Shown here: positions 11,116-20,133 of the stretch, one piece after another | Layout: every line of letters begins with the position of its first letter | How positions within the stretch are numbered: the first letter of the stretch is position 1 | Program-made: the position numbers and the translations under genes | Notes under the pieces: generated by a model | Told to the model about the DNA's origin: nothing | The model's database searches: none | What the model saw: the letters and a program-made list of their open reading frames with translations, nothing else | IMG/VR virus record: IMGVR_UViG_2228664000_000024 | Span: 12,205 to 76,204 of that record | From: a virus | Lineage: Duplodnaviria > Heunggongvirae > Uroviricota > Caudoviricetes > Schitoviridae | Direction: 5' to 3' (one strand) | Length of the DNA stretch: 64,000 nt

Positions 11116-11913
11116 TTAGGTCGGGGTAACGTTAACGTTAATCCCTGCCAGCAATTTCTGCATGGTCTTACCGAGAGTGGCATCATCCAGCAAGTTAGTG
11201 CTGTTGGCCTGGGTATCTTCGTCAGTCTGACGGCGAACGTTCCAGGTGTTAGCGATAATTTGAGCCGCCTGCTGTTCAGCATTACGGTCATAACCATCAG
11301 CCTGTTTGTTCATCAGTGCAACCTGAGTACCAATAACAGAACCAGAAGCAGCAACACCTGCCTGGGTCTGAGCCTTTTCAGTAATAGTACGCTGTTTGTA
11401 GTAATCAGTCTGGGCTTGGGCTTGCTTAAGCTGTTCAGCCATAAGTTCAAGCTGTTTAAGCTGAACCTGGATTTGAGCATCTTTAAGCTCCAGATCCTTT
11501 TCTGCCAATTCAATGTTCTTATCGGCAAGCTCAGTCTGCTTGATGATAAGGTTTGTCTGTGCAGTGATCTGATCCATCTCCAGAGGAATCTTTTGCATCT
11601 CTGCACGGATCTGGTCTTCTTGAGCCTGAACCAGAGATGCCTGACCTTCAAGGAGTTTAAGCTCTAAGCCCTGCTTCTGTTTAGCAAGCAGGAACTCAAT
11701 AGCAGCTTGTAGCGTAGCCTGAAAAGCACCCAGATAGACAGTGGCATACTCCGGCCCACGGATACGTTCTTTCTCAAACTGGTCACCCAAATGCACACGC
11801 ATGGTTTCCAGCATTTTGTCCAGAACACCCGTACCTACTAATTTCGTTTCCGTCAGATCAGTAACATCTAACGGAGTAGTTGAAACCATCGGTGGAATAA
11901 TAATCTCTGCCAT
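11116..11913 (-). CDS. Coiled-coil structural protein
   Basis: 265-aa ORF; heptad-rich (LELKLLEGQASLVQAQEDQIRAEMQK...). Confidence 0.4.
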   Translation of the reverse strand: MAEIIIPPMVSTTPLDVTDLTETKLVGTGVLDKMLETMRVHLGDQFEKERIRGPEYATVYLGAFQATLQAAIEFLLAKQKQGLELKLLEGQASLVQAQEDQIRAEMQKIPLEMDQITAQTNLIIKQTELADKNIELAEKDLELKDAQIQVQLKQLELMAEQLKQAQAQTDYYKQRTITEKAQTQAGVAASGSVIGTQVALMNKQADGYDRNAEQQAAQIIANTWNVRRQTDEDTQANSTNLLDDATLGKTMQKLLAGINVNVTPT

Positions 11914-11924
11914 CTGGGTTTACC

Positions 11925-12485
11925 TTATGCGTTGTCGTCGGTAGCTCGACGTGCCAACTGCTGTGCTGCCAGCGCCTTCAGTTCTTCTTCAGTCAGCGGA
12001 GGCAGAACTTCGATGGTATACGCAGCAATTGACTTGGATTCACGAATTGGAATGCCGTGCTTACCTTTTTTAGTGGTGAACACCTGTACGCGTTTTTCAC
12101 GCAAAGCGTTAACCATAATCTGCGGTAAGTGCCACGGTTCATCCAGGTTATACGGGATGTACTTACGATAAGTACCGACGAAGGAGTTACCTACCGTTAT
12201 GTACTCACCAGGCCATTCTTTCTTGGCCGGGTCGTTACAGTGGATACGCACACGCACCAGTTTTGATGCTTCGGCTTTCTTACGACTACGACGAGCAGCA
12301 TCGTCTTCATCGGCAGCCGGACGGACTGTACCTGTGGACTGGTTTGCCAGCGTATTGTTTACACGCTCACGCAGGGTATCTACAGAGATAGAAGGATGGT
12401 ATTTAATTCCCAGAATATCAGCACGAGCTTTCAGGGATTCCAGTTCATCTACTTGGGGCAGATCATCATTATCGACTTGTGACAT
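11925..12485 (-). CDS. Structural/head protein, unknown function
   Basis: 186-aa ORF immediately downstream of the capsid gene on the minus strand. Confidence 0.4.
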   Translation of the reverse strand: MSQVDNDDLPQVDELESLKARADILGIKYHPSISVDTLRERVNNTLANQSTGTVRPAADEDDAARRSRKKAEASKLVRVRIHCNDPAKKEWPGEYITVGNSFVGTYRKYIPYNLDEPWHLPQIMVNALREKRVQVFTTKKGKHGIPIRESKSIAAYTIEVLPPLTEEELKALAAQQLARRATDDNA

Positions 12486-12511
12486 AAAGAAAAATCCTCA
12501 TTGGTTTAAAT

Positions 12512-12537
12512 AAAAAAGCCGGGGAATTATCCCCGGC
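12512..12537 (-). terminator. Strong intrinsic terminator after the capsid gene (GCCGGGGA-atta-TCCCCGGC plus U-tract)
   Basis: 8-bp GC stem; A-run 12512-12517 on plus strand gives a U-tract for the minus-strand transcript. Confidence 0.7.
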
Positions 12538-12572
12538 CTTAGCTTAGCTCACTTTAATAACCGAAGCCAGAA

Positions 12573-13745
12573 TTACATCTTAGCCGCAGTCATAACCAGA
12601 GCGATACGTTCTGGACGCAGAGCCATGAAGCCGTAGAACCAGCGAATGGAGATGAAGCCAGTTTCGCCATATGGATCCAGACGGTCAAGGTTCTCACCAG
12701 GACGTTTGTGGTTGATTTCGAACTTAACGGTATTGCCCGAAGTCTGGAAGGAGATGGTCGCAAAGGACTCGTCACCAACTACCAGCATTGGGAATACATC
12801 ATAGTTCGTACCGTTGTTGTAGTACACGGCATCGTCGCCAGAAGCCAGCGTAGCACCTGCACCTTCCCACTTGAACATGTTCGGGTTAACGATGATACGG
12901 AACTGGTCAATCTGACCGACTTCGCCAGCAGCCAGGGTAGTACCCGCAGCATAGTGCTCAGCAGAGATGAACGCAGCGTTGTCGTGCATATCTTTCATTG
13001 CACGCAGCGTAGGGATCAGCTCAGAGCCGATGTACATATAACGCGCAGCCGGAACAACACGGGTATCGATATTACGAGTACCGTTCAGGATAGTGGTGTG
13101 TTTCGGAGTACGGTTGTTGTCCAGATCAATGGACAGGCGCATCAGATCACCATAGGTAACGATATCGCCCTGGCCGATTTCGGCACGAGAAGTTGCATCG
13201 CCAGCGTAACGGATTGTACCTGCGTTGTTAATCAGGTCGATCTGAAGGGCGTCTTCAGTGATCTGGTTAGCAGCAGTCAGCAGTTCGCGGTTGATGTGTT
13301 GCAGCAGGTCTGCGTCAGAATCGAAGTTCAGAGAGTCTTTGGTGTATTCAGTGAAGAAACCAAATTTCTCGAAAGTGCCTTCGAGTTCCAGACGAGTAAC
13401 GCCGACACGGTTAACACGACCGCCGTTCTCACCCAGTACAGGCAGTTTACCCGGCACAGAGCCAATATCTTTGCTGGAACCGTACAGGTTACCATTGGAG
13501 ATCTTCGCACCAGTTGCATCGATACCCTGGTCGTTGACGTTACGGTCATCCAGGATCGGCATGTAGTGGAAGCGCTTAATGGTTTTACCATAGTTCGCTG
13601 GGATGGCTGTTGCAGTAGCCAACTGAGTGAAGAACTGTTCTTTACGCAGTTCAGTCAGAGCCTGGCGCTGGTAATACGCAGTTACGATCTGCGGGCCAAT
13701 GCTGGACTCTTTCCCATTAATGGGGTCTTTATATTGCATAACCAT
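12573..13745 (-). CDS. Major capsid protein (candidate)
   Basis: 390-aa ORF. Strong RBS AAGAGG. Followed by a strong terminator. Preceded by an acidic scaffold-like gene and the portal, as in the N4 gp59-gp57-gp56 order. Confidence 0.6.
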   Translation of the reverse strand: MVMQYKDPINGKESSIGPQIVTAYYQRQALTELRKEQFFTQLATATAIPANYGKTIKRFHYMPILDDRNVNDQGIDATGAKISNGNLYGSSKDIGSVPGKLPVLGENGGRVNRVGVTRLELEGTFEKFGFFTEYTKDSLNFDSDADLLQHINRELLTAANQITEDALQIDLINNAGTIRYAGDATSRAEIGQGDIVTYGDLMRLSIDLDNNRTPKHTTILNGTRNIDTRVVPAARYMYIGSELIPTLRAMKDMHDNAAFISAEHYAAGTTLAAGEVGQIDQFRIIVNPNMFKWEGAGATLASGDDAVYYNNGTNYDVFPMLVVGDESFATISFQTSGNTVKFEINHKRPGENLDRLDPYGETGFISIRWFYGFMALRPERIALVMTAAKM

Positions 13746-13759
13746 AAATAGTCAGCCTC

Positions 13760-14935
13760 TTACCGGAATTGAGTTGGGTCAATCTTAGCAAACTCTTCGT
13801 CAGAAAGGGAAAATAAGTTTTCACCTTTAACTGCTGGTTTGCTTTGGACGGTTTGTTTTGGTGCAGCCGCGGCTTTCTTAGCATTCACCGTTTCTTTCTT
13901 CGGTGCAGCTTTAGCTGGTGGCACTACTTCTTTGGCAGGGGCTGGTTGTACGCCCGGAACTTTAAGTAAGCCCTGAGCTTGCAACTGCTGTTCTACTGCC
14001 GCGTGAGCTTGCAGAGAGTTCATGCCATTCAATTGGCCTAAGACCTTCTGGCGCTGAACTTCATTTGCAATGAGGTCAAAATTGCCCAAAGACTTTTGAG
14101 CATCCAGTACACGGAGTAGCCCAGGGTTGTTGGCAATAAAGTCCTGGCTTGCTGAATCCCATGCAGAAGTAACATGAGTCAGCACTTCTTTGAAACCAGG
14201 GTTGTTCTGTAACTCTTGAACTGTGTCAGCAAGTTCAATCTGGCTTTCTGGCGGAGCCTGGTGTTGAGACTGATAGCCTGCACCTTGCTCTACGTCGAAG
14301 TCCATAAGGTCGATGCCGCTGTCCTGAACCAGCTTAGCGATAGCCTTCGGATCTTTCTTGTGCAGATCGATTAAGAAACCGAGTTCCTGCTCGTTCAGAA
14401 GGTTTTCGTTTTCCAGCATCTTCATAATGCGACGGGTGGGCTTCAGAGCAGCCATCTTCTCATGGTAGTTCGCACCCATCTGCATAAGCTTGATCACTTC
14501 TTCAGGTGACTGAACAGTGATATCACGCCCATTGGCTTTGAAGGGTTTACCAACGATGGACTCATAAAACGCTTTGTGATCCGGTACATTCTGAGATTCA
14601 GGATCAGTCTTCGCTTTAGAGGTTTCTTTGGCAGGGGCTTTATCCTTCGCCTTACCTTCTTCGCTCTGCTGCGCAGGCTCATCGGTAGGCTCAGGGTTCT
14701 CAGGATCTACTTCAGGTTCTTGTTCCGGTTCTGGATCCGTTTCAACTACTTCTTCTTCCGGCTCCACTCCAGTGGTTGGCTGGTTTTCAGTAGTCTGTTC
14801 CGGTTGTCCATCTTCAGGGTTTTCTGAACTTTGATTCAGATACTGAGAGATATCTAACCGGCTTAATTCATCTTCAGACATGTTCAGTACATCTGGAACA
14901 TTCTGTTGATCTAGTTGCTCGGTATTAGCACTCAT
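13760..14935 (-). CDS. Scaffolding protein (candidate), acidic low-complexity N-terminus
   Basis: 391 aa; E/P/T-rich acidic N-terminal half; location between portal and capsid. Confidence 0.5.
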   Translation of the reverse strand: MSANTEQLDQQNVPDVLNMSEDELSRLDISQYLNQSSENPEDGQPEQTTENQPTTGVEPEEEVVETDPEPEQEPEVDPENPEPTDEPAQQSEEGKAKDKAPAKETSKAKTDPESQNVPDHKAFYESIVGKPFKANGRDITVQSPEEVIKLMQMGANYHEKMAALKPTRRIMKMLENENLLNEQELGFLIDLHKKDPKAIAKLVQDSGIDLMDFDVEQGAGYQSQHQAPPESQIELADTVQELQNNPGFKEVLTHVTSAWDSASQDFIANNPGLLRVLDAQKSLGNFDLIANEVQRQKVLGQLNGMNSLQAHAAVEQQLQAQGLLKVPGVQPAPAKEVVPPAKAAPKKETVNAKKAAAAPKQTVQSKPAVKGENLFSLSDEEFAKIDPTQFR

Positions 14936-14937
14936 GC

Positions 14938-15300
14938 TTATTCCTCATTACGCGATTGATATAGTGTTTCGCCATTTTCAGCGATTGCCTTATCTGCAAT
15001 TTCAGCTTCATCAAGAACGCTGTCGAGATAGGCTTTGAACTGAGCTACGGCGTCTATCTTGCGTGACGTTGCATCGTCAGCTTCGGTAGAGTTGGCACGG
15101 TCATAAACAAGTTTAAGCGCGTGTTCTCTGAGGAAGCCAGAGAGAATAACATTCTTGAAATCTGTACTGTTCAGTAAGCGTTTTAACGCTTTGCCCCGTT
15201 CAGATATCTTCTTGTCTTTCTCAATTAACGATTCAAGTTCGTCTTCGAAGTTAGCCATACGTACCTCAGATATAAAATAGGCAGGTGGACAATAACGCAA
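14938..15300 (-). CDS. Hypothetical head-module protein
   Basis: 120-aa ORF between portal and scaffold. Confidence 0.4.
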   Translation of the reverse strand: MRYCPPAYFISEVRMANFEDELESLIEKDKKISERGKALKRLLNSTDFKNVILSGFLREHALKLVYDRANSTEADDATSRKIDAVAQFKAYLDSVLDEAEIADKAIAENGETLYQSRNEE

Positions 15301-15332
15301 ACTGCCTCACCTGCCTAATATTTTTAAACAAA

Positions 15333-17567
15333 TTACTGGTTATTGCCAGCGTTGTTTCGTTGTGCTCTTAACTGATTACGCAAATCCAGGCTTGATTTAG
15401 CATGTTGCTGTAACAGATTCAGGTTATGAGAGAGACTCATCTTCTCTTGTTCACCCTGCTGATTCATAGCAAGCACAGCTAATTGATCGTCACCTTTCTG
15501 CTTAGCCAATTCCAGTTGCTGCTGGTGTTTAACCCCATTCTGCGTTTGCAGGAAGTCGAGGTTATTCTTATCAGCAGTAGACTGAATCTGTGCAGCACGA
15601 GCCTGTTCGACACCAACTTTAGTAGCATTGAGATCGCCTTTAGTACCCGCTTCACCAGCTTGAGAGAGCGTAAGCTGAATCTGTGCTTGGAGCAGTTGGA
15701 TCTGAAGCATCTGCATTTGCTGTTGCATTGGGTCAGGTTGAGGCTGGAAGTCCATAATCTGCTTACGCAGGTCAGGCATTTTACGCAGTCGTGCAATCTC
15801 ACCGAGGATAAGTTGCTTAAACCCAAAGTCGATATCGCCCATAGTCTGAAGCATAAATGCCAGGTCTTGTGCCTGTTGCTCATCTGCCTCAGCAGTGGAG
15901 ATAGTAACTTTAAGGTCAAACTCACCTTTCAGATCATCACGGCGTACTGGTACGAACTGGTCTTCAGTAACACGTACAACTTCTTCTTCATCAAGCCAGA
16001 CAGCATTCATGGCAATGACTTTACGGGCTACTTTAACCAAACCAGTAGAAAGACGGCGCAGAATACCCATCTCACGTTTGGACGCTGCATCCAATGCACC
16101 ACGTACAGCAGTAGCTGTATCACCCAGAGATGAACCGTCAATACCGGTAGTAGCAAACGCTTTAACACCAGTAAGGGATTCAGCATCTGAGTTCATCATA
16201 GCTACCATGAACTGAGCAGAGTTTGGGATCTCAGGGTATTGGTGAGTATAGATACCCGCCTGTGGGTTCATGCCTGGGTTGTATTCATAGTCTTCACCCT
16301 GCTGGAATCGTTTCTTGTTCGCAGCATCCAGCATATTCTTAGCGAACGCTGTCTGGGAGTTAGCAGACTTACCGAGCAGATCAATCATCCCACGGGTAAC
16401 AGCACCGACAATATCCTGGTTATCTTTCAGGAGTTCGGCATCAGGTTCACCGTATACAGATTTACGAACCGGCAGGTATTGAACCAGGACAAAAGGAAGC
16501 TCACGATCCGGGAATGGGTTCTCTTCCATTCGGATACAAACATCCCCTACCCATGTTGCTACAATCGGAGTAAGAGTACCACTACCGTCAATATCCCAAT
16601 ATCCCCAATACTCGTAAGCAACAATTCTTTTGCGTGATTCACCCGCTGGTTGAAAGTCCGGGGCAGTGTTGGGCTGAAAGTCTGGTGCTGATAAAGGCGA
16701 TTGATTAGAGACATTGATTTTCTCCAGATTTTTATAACGACCTTCAGCTTTAAGTTCAGCAAGTGAAGTCTCGAAGCTGTAGATAATAAAGTTAGCTTTA
16801 TTAAGGTCGCCGTTACATGACGGATCGATATACAGGTTAGCCAGACGGCACACTTCTACAGTCGGCTGGTTTTTAACAACCTTAACCTGCTCTACCATTT
16901 CAACGCCTGTCACTACAAAGCGGATAGGCTGTTGAGTCTGTTTAAATTGAGTATAACCGTCCTGTAACTCTTGAGGATAATTTAGGAGTTGTACTGGGTC
17001 TGACTGTTCGATCTGAGCCATCTGCTGATAGATCTGCACGACGCTATAGTCATAGACATAGGTGTAGACAGGCTGAGGTACAGTCTCAATGACTTCCTCA
17101 TAATCCCAACCAGTACGAAGAACAACCGTACCATCATCGACAGCAGCACGAACGTACTCATCGATTAAAGCTACACGGTCGATCTTATTAGTGAACTGCA
17201 TGTTCAGAATGAGTTCATTCTGTAACGCACCCTTCTTGTCTTCCCAGGTTACCGGGGTAACCTTGAATAGATCAGGGGTAGACAGGAATGGTTCAGACAG
17301 GGCGGAGTAGCGCCACTCAGCCTGTTTACGGACGAGTTTAGGCTGAACCTTTGATTGCCCTTTTTGCGCCTTTGGTGCTGCTTTGCCAGTACCGTTCTTG
17401 TAGTCAGCCCATTCAGTAACTTTCGTCATCTGTGTATCATGGGAAGACTTACAACTGTCCAGGTCTTGTTTAAGCAAAGCCAAACGTGGCTCCTGAACCC
17501 AGTCGGTAAGACGTGGCACCTCGACCCCCGGCAATACTTGAACATCATCTGGGGCAGAATTGTCCAT
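15333..17567 (-). CDS. Portal protein (candidate)
   Basis: 744-aa ORF; size and position upstream of scaffold/capsid; Q-rich C-terminus. Confidence 0.6.
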   Translation of the reverse strand: MDNSAPDDVQVLPGVEVPRLTDWVQEPRLALLKQDLDSCKSSHDTQMTKVTEWADYKNGTGKAAPKAQKGQSKVQPKLVRKQAEWRYSALSEPFLSTPDLFKVTPVTWEDKKGALQNELILNMQFTNKIDRVALIDEYVRAAVDDGTVVLRTGWDYEEVIETVPQPVYTYVYDYSVVQIYQQMAQIEQSDPVQLLNYPQELQDGYTQFKQTQQPIRFVVTGVEMVEQVKVVKNQPTVEVCRLANLYIDPSCNGDLNKANFIIYSFETSLAELKAEGRYKNLEKINVSNQSPLSAPDFQPNTAPDFQPAGESRKRIVAYEYWGYWDIDGSGTLTPIVATWVGDVCIRMEENPFPDRELPFVLVQYLPVRKSVYGEPDAELLKDNQDIVGAVTRGMIDLLGKSANSQTAFAKNMLDAANKKRFQQGEDYEYNPGMNPQAGIYTHQYPEIPNSAQFMVAMMNSDAESLTGVKAFATTGIDGSSLGDTATAVRGALDAASKREMGILRRLSTGLVKVARKVIAMNAVWLDEEEVVRVTEDQFVPVRRDDLKGEFDLKVTISTAEADEQQAQDLAFMLQTMGDIDFGFKQLILGEIARLRKMPDLRKQIMDFQPQPDPMQQQMQMLQIQLLQAQIQLTLSQAGEAGTKGDLNATKVGVEQARAAQIQSTADKNNLDFLQTQNGVKHQQQLELAKQKGDDQLAVLAMNQQGEQEKMSLSHNLNLLQQHAKSSLDLRNQLRAQRNNAGNNQ

Positions 17568-17637
17568 CGTGTCCTCTACTTATGGTGAAAATAACTTCAC
17601 CCATTATTGTCAAATAAACCAGAAAGGAAACCTTTCA

Positions 17638-18177
17638 ATGCAAACTACCTTTGAAAAAGTTGCTGCACTTAATCTCGCTTTCGGAAATGAAAAGGGCGAC
17701 TTAGCTAATCCTAACGTAAAAGCCTTAAGAAAGCAGGCAATGCTTTGCCTGGAAGAGGCTATTGAATTAGTTGAAGCAGCACACCCAGGCATGAAAGTTG
17801 TTTGGGATCTCAACGGTGATGCCGATGAAACCAGTGTTGATATGGTGGGCATCATGGATGCCCAGGGCGATCTCACTACTGTGAATGACGGTATAGCTCA
17901 TGTTGCTGGTTTCGACGGCAATGCCTGCTATGACCTGGTACATGAGTCTAACATGTCTAAGTTCATTGCTAGTGAAGAAGACAAAATTAAAGCTCTGGCT
18001 TACTACTACGAAATCGGCTTCCAACCAGATGACCTTTATCTACACGGTAATTACCCTACCATGTGCATAAAAGTTCGCCGGGATATCAAGCTGAACGGTA
18101 AGTTCTACCCTGAAGGAAAGTTCTTGAAAAACATGGTCACTTTTAAAGAACCAGATTTTTCTAATCTTTTACCGTAA
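17638..18177 (+). CDS. MazG-like all-alpha nucleoside triphosphate pyrophosphohydrolase (candidate)
   Basis: 180 aa from ATG 17638 (RBS GAAAGGAAA). EExxE-type motif LCLEEAIELVEAAH followed by conserved Asp residues. Confidence 0.45.
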   Translation: MQTTFEKVAALNLAFGNEKGDLANPNVKALRKQAMLCLEEAIELVEAAHPGMKVVWDLNGDADETSVDMVGIMDAQGDLTTVNDGIAHVAGFDGNACYDLVHESNMSKFIASEEDKIKALAYYYEIGFQPDDLYLHGNYPTMCIKVRRDIKLNGKFYPEGKFLKNMVTFKEPDFSNLLP

Positions 18178-18285
18178 AGCGGTTGCATGTCCGTAAGGTG
18201 TAAGGTATTAATTATTACAGCTACTGACATGGCGACCTTACAGGAGGTGATCTCATCTCCGAACCCAGCTACGGTTACTGGGAAA

Positions 18286-18310
18286 GCTCCCCTTCGGGGG
18301 AGCACCTTTT
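18286..18310 (+). terminator. Intrinsic terminator GCTCCCC-ttcg-GGGGAGC plus U-tract
   Basis: UUCG tetraloop hairpin followed by ACCTTTT. Confidence 0.75.
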
Positions 18311-18503
18311 ATAAACCTGAATACATTGAAACCAGTGTATTGATGCTTATAGCGGGTGCTGCGTGCTTAGCGATAAGACTGCCATTTTCCATTTTGGAAC
18401 GAGATACGTAACCAGGGCAGTGACCCTGAACTGCATGAAGGCTTAAAAACTGGAGTGCTCTGGAACCAGAACCAGATTACCGAACTCGGAGTTGCCCCCG
18501 GCT

Positions 18504-18530
18504 TTACAGGGGGCTTATTAATTAGGGCAC
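18504..18530 (+). terminator. Weak hairpin/terminator GCCCCC-(9 nt)-GGGGGC
   Basis: Stem-loop followed by TTATTAATT. Confidence 0.3.
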
Positions 18531-18620
18531 TCAGCATTGAACAGGTTCATACCCTAATCTCAATGTGTAGAAACAACCTCGGCAAAGGTTGCCCCAACTA
18601 CAGAGTGTCTTAATTAATAA

Positions 18621-18695
18621 GATGGGATAGCTAAACGGTGAAGCGGTAGACTGTTAATCTATGATAGCTGGGTTCGAGTCCCAGTCCCATCGCCA
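18621..18695 (+). tRNA. tRNA-Asn (anticodon GTT), CCA encoded
   Basis: Acceptor GATGGGA/TCCCATC. Anticodon loop CTGTTAA. T-arm CTGGGTTCGAGTCCCAG. Resembles E. coli tRNA-Asn. Confidence 0.85.
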
Positions 18696-18700
18696 AATTT

Positions 18701-18775
18701 GGTACTATAGTTCATCGGTTAGAATACTCCCCTGTCACGGGAGCGAGCCGGGTTCGATTCCCGGTAGTACCGCCA
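18701..18775 (+). tRNA. tRNA-Asp (anticodon GTC), CCA encoded
   Basis: Acceptor GGTACTA/TAGTACC. D-arm AGTTCATCGGTTAGAATAC. Anticodon loop CTGTCAC. T-loop TTCGATT. Confidence 0.85.
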
Positions 18776-18780
18776 AATAT

Positions 18781-18864
18781 GTGAGTGTGGCTGAACGGTT
18801 GAAAGCACCTGACTGTAAATCAGGCTCGAAAGACGTGGTGGTTCGAATCCATCCACTCACACCA
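18781..18864 (+). tRNA. tRNA-Tyr (anticodon GTA) with long variable arm, CCA encoded
   Basis: Acceptor GTGAGTG/CACTCAC. Anticodon loop CTGTAAA. Long variable arm. T-loop TTCGAAT. Confidence 0.8.
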
Positions 18865-18986
18865 AATTCTGAAGAGTGCCCATGTCTATTGGGGGATCAA
18901 CGGTGAGAAGCCGTGGTGTTCCTGCTGCAAGCCTTAAGTGGACAGAACAGCCAGCCTGGTGACGCAGGCAACTCTTCACCCTCTAT

Positions 18987-19061
18987 TGGGGTATAGCCAA
19001 GCGGTAAGGCAGGAGGCTTTGATCCTTCGATTCTCTGGTTCGAATCCAGATACCCCATCCA
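18987..19061 (+). tRNA. tRNA-Gln (anticodon TTG), U1-A72 pair as in E. coli tRNA-Gln, CCA encoded
   Basis: Starts TGGGGTAT as E. coli tRNA-Gln does. Anticodon loop CTTTGAT. T-arm TCTGGTTCGAATCCAGA. Confidence 0.8.
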
Positions 19062-19063
19062 AA

Positions 19064-19142
19064 TTACCCGATAGGCTTAATGGTTAAGACGCCCCCAGAA
19101 CTTAAGACTGGGATACAGGTTCGAATCCTGTCCGGGTAACCA
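19064..19142 (+). tRNA. tRNA-like gene with aberrant anticodon arm (possible anticodon UUA or 9-nt loop); identity unresolved
   Basis: Good acceptor stem (TTACCCG/CGGGTAA). U8 and G18G19 present. Canonical T-arm ACAGGTTCGAATCCTGT. The only clean anticodon helix is CCCAG/CTGGG, closing a 9-nt loop AACTTAAGA and leaving a 2-nt variable region. D-arm irregular. Confidence 0.45.
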
Positions 19143-19168
19143 ATCCCTTTCAAACCAGAGTAACAATC

Positions 19169-19414
19169 ATGTTCCCCGATCCTATTGATGAATTCCTTGA
19201 TGCCGTGGATACGGTAGACCTCTGTATTGCTATGGCAAAAAAGTATAACGAACCCGTTGACGATAAACTCAAATGTTGTAGTCTGGCTGTAGCAAAACGA
19301 ATACATACCCCTCAGATACGTGACATGTTTATCAATCTCGGTTACGAGAAGATACCAGCCGTATTCTGGGTGATGATGAAAAACCAGTTAGAAGTTATCA
19401 AAGCTGGTTTATAA
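19169..19414 (+). CDS. Hypothetical protein (81 aa)
   Basis: ORF directly after the tRNA cluster. Confidence 0.4.
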   Translation: MFPDPIDEFLDAVDTVDLCIAMAKKYNEPVDDKLKCCSLAVAKRIHTPQIRDMFINLGYEKIPAVFWVMMKNQLEVIKAGL

Positions 19415-19599
19415 GTTCCCGTCGTTACGCCTCGTGCGTGATGGTTGGAAACACCCGACAAGGTGCATTAACCGCGAGGACTCACGAAGTACAACACTGC
19501 GGTATACAAATAGGTGAGTCTGCCTGAGTAAAGGGTACGGAGCTATCAACTCCAGTCTGCAAAGTAATCTTGTGTACCCGGAACTGCAAAGCCTGGAAT

Positions 19600-19622
19600 A
19601 GCCCCACTTCGGTGGGGCTTTT
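19600..19622 (+). terminator. Intrinsic terminator GCCCCAC-ttcg-GTGGGGC plus TTTTT
   Basis: UUCG tetraloop, 7-bp stem, U-tract. Confidence 0.8.
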
Positions 19623-19637
19623 TCCATTAAGGAGCTA

Positions 19638-19769
19638 TGATGCCTTACGCATATGAAGTCACTGATCGCCGGGGTAAGAAATACCTGGTGTTCGCTAACT
19701 CTGTCGAACATGACAATGCAGTAATGTTCGGCTATTCCATCAAACCTCTTTACGAGAAACCAGAATGAC
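19638..19769 (+). CDS. Small hypothetical protein (43 aa)
   Basis: RBS AAGGAG 8 nt upstream of ATG; stop overlaps next start (ATGA). Confidence 0.4.
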
Positions 19770-20133
19770 AACTGTTACCAAAGAGTCTATCGAAGCAAAA
19801 ATCAAATCGACGTATTATCTTAATGCCGGGGCAGCACTGGCAATGATGGATAAGATCGATGAAGCAGACAAAGCAAACCTTTCTCTGGTTACCATCTGCA
19901 TCATCATCCTGGAAAACGGCTTTAAAGTTGAAGGCGTATCAGCCTGCGTTGATCCGGCTAATTACAACGAAGCTATCGGCAAGCAGTGTGCGTATGAAAA
20001 CGCATTCAATAAAATCTGGGAACTGGAAGGCTACATGCTGCGTCAGTCTCTCCATGAGAAAGCCGAAAGCCAAGCAATGCTGGCATCGTTTGCTGAGAAC
20101 AATAAGTGCGAAGGGGGCGGTTGTACGATATGA
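19765..20133 (+). CDS. Hypothetical protein (122 aa)
   Basis: ORF with overlapping start. Confidence 0.45.
   Translation: MTTVTKESIEAKIKSTYYLNAGAALAMMDKIDEADKANLSLVTICIIILENGFKVEGVSACVDPANYNEAIGKQCAYENAFNKIWELEGYMLRQSLHEKAESQAMLASFAENNKCEGGGCTI

Noticed and set aside
12708-13751. 347-aa plus-strand ORF
   Set aside because: It lies entirely antisense to the well-supported capsid gene (12573-13745). It has no RBS and an odd low-complexity composition. It is a typical frame shadow of a highly expressed gene.
15483-16215. 216-aa and 106-aa plus-strand ORFs
   Set aside because: They are antisense to the portal gene and have no translation signals.
18187-18411. 74-aa ORF downstream of the MazG-like gene
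   Set aside because: It reads through an intrinsic terminator and structured UTR. The strong SD-like AGGAGGTGATC lies inside it, not upstream of its start.
18661-18906. 81-aa ORF overlapping the tRNA array
   Set aside because: It is composed of tRNA-Asp, Tyr and Gln sequence. tRNA structure explains the region and no RBS is present.
19064-19142. Firm call of an ochre-suppressor tRNA
   Set aside because: The UUA anticodon only appears if a 4-bp stem with an A·A mismatch is accepted. The better-paired alternative gives a 9-nt loop. It is reported as aberrant tRNA-like, not as a confirmed suppressor.
19409-19771. 120-aa minus-strand ORF
   Set aside because: It is antisense to two plus-strand genes and to a terminator. 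It has no RBS and no partner genes on that strand locally.
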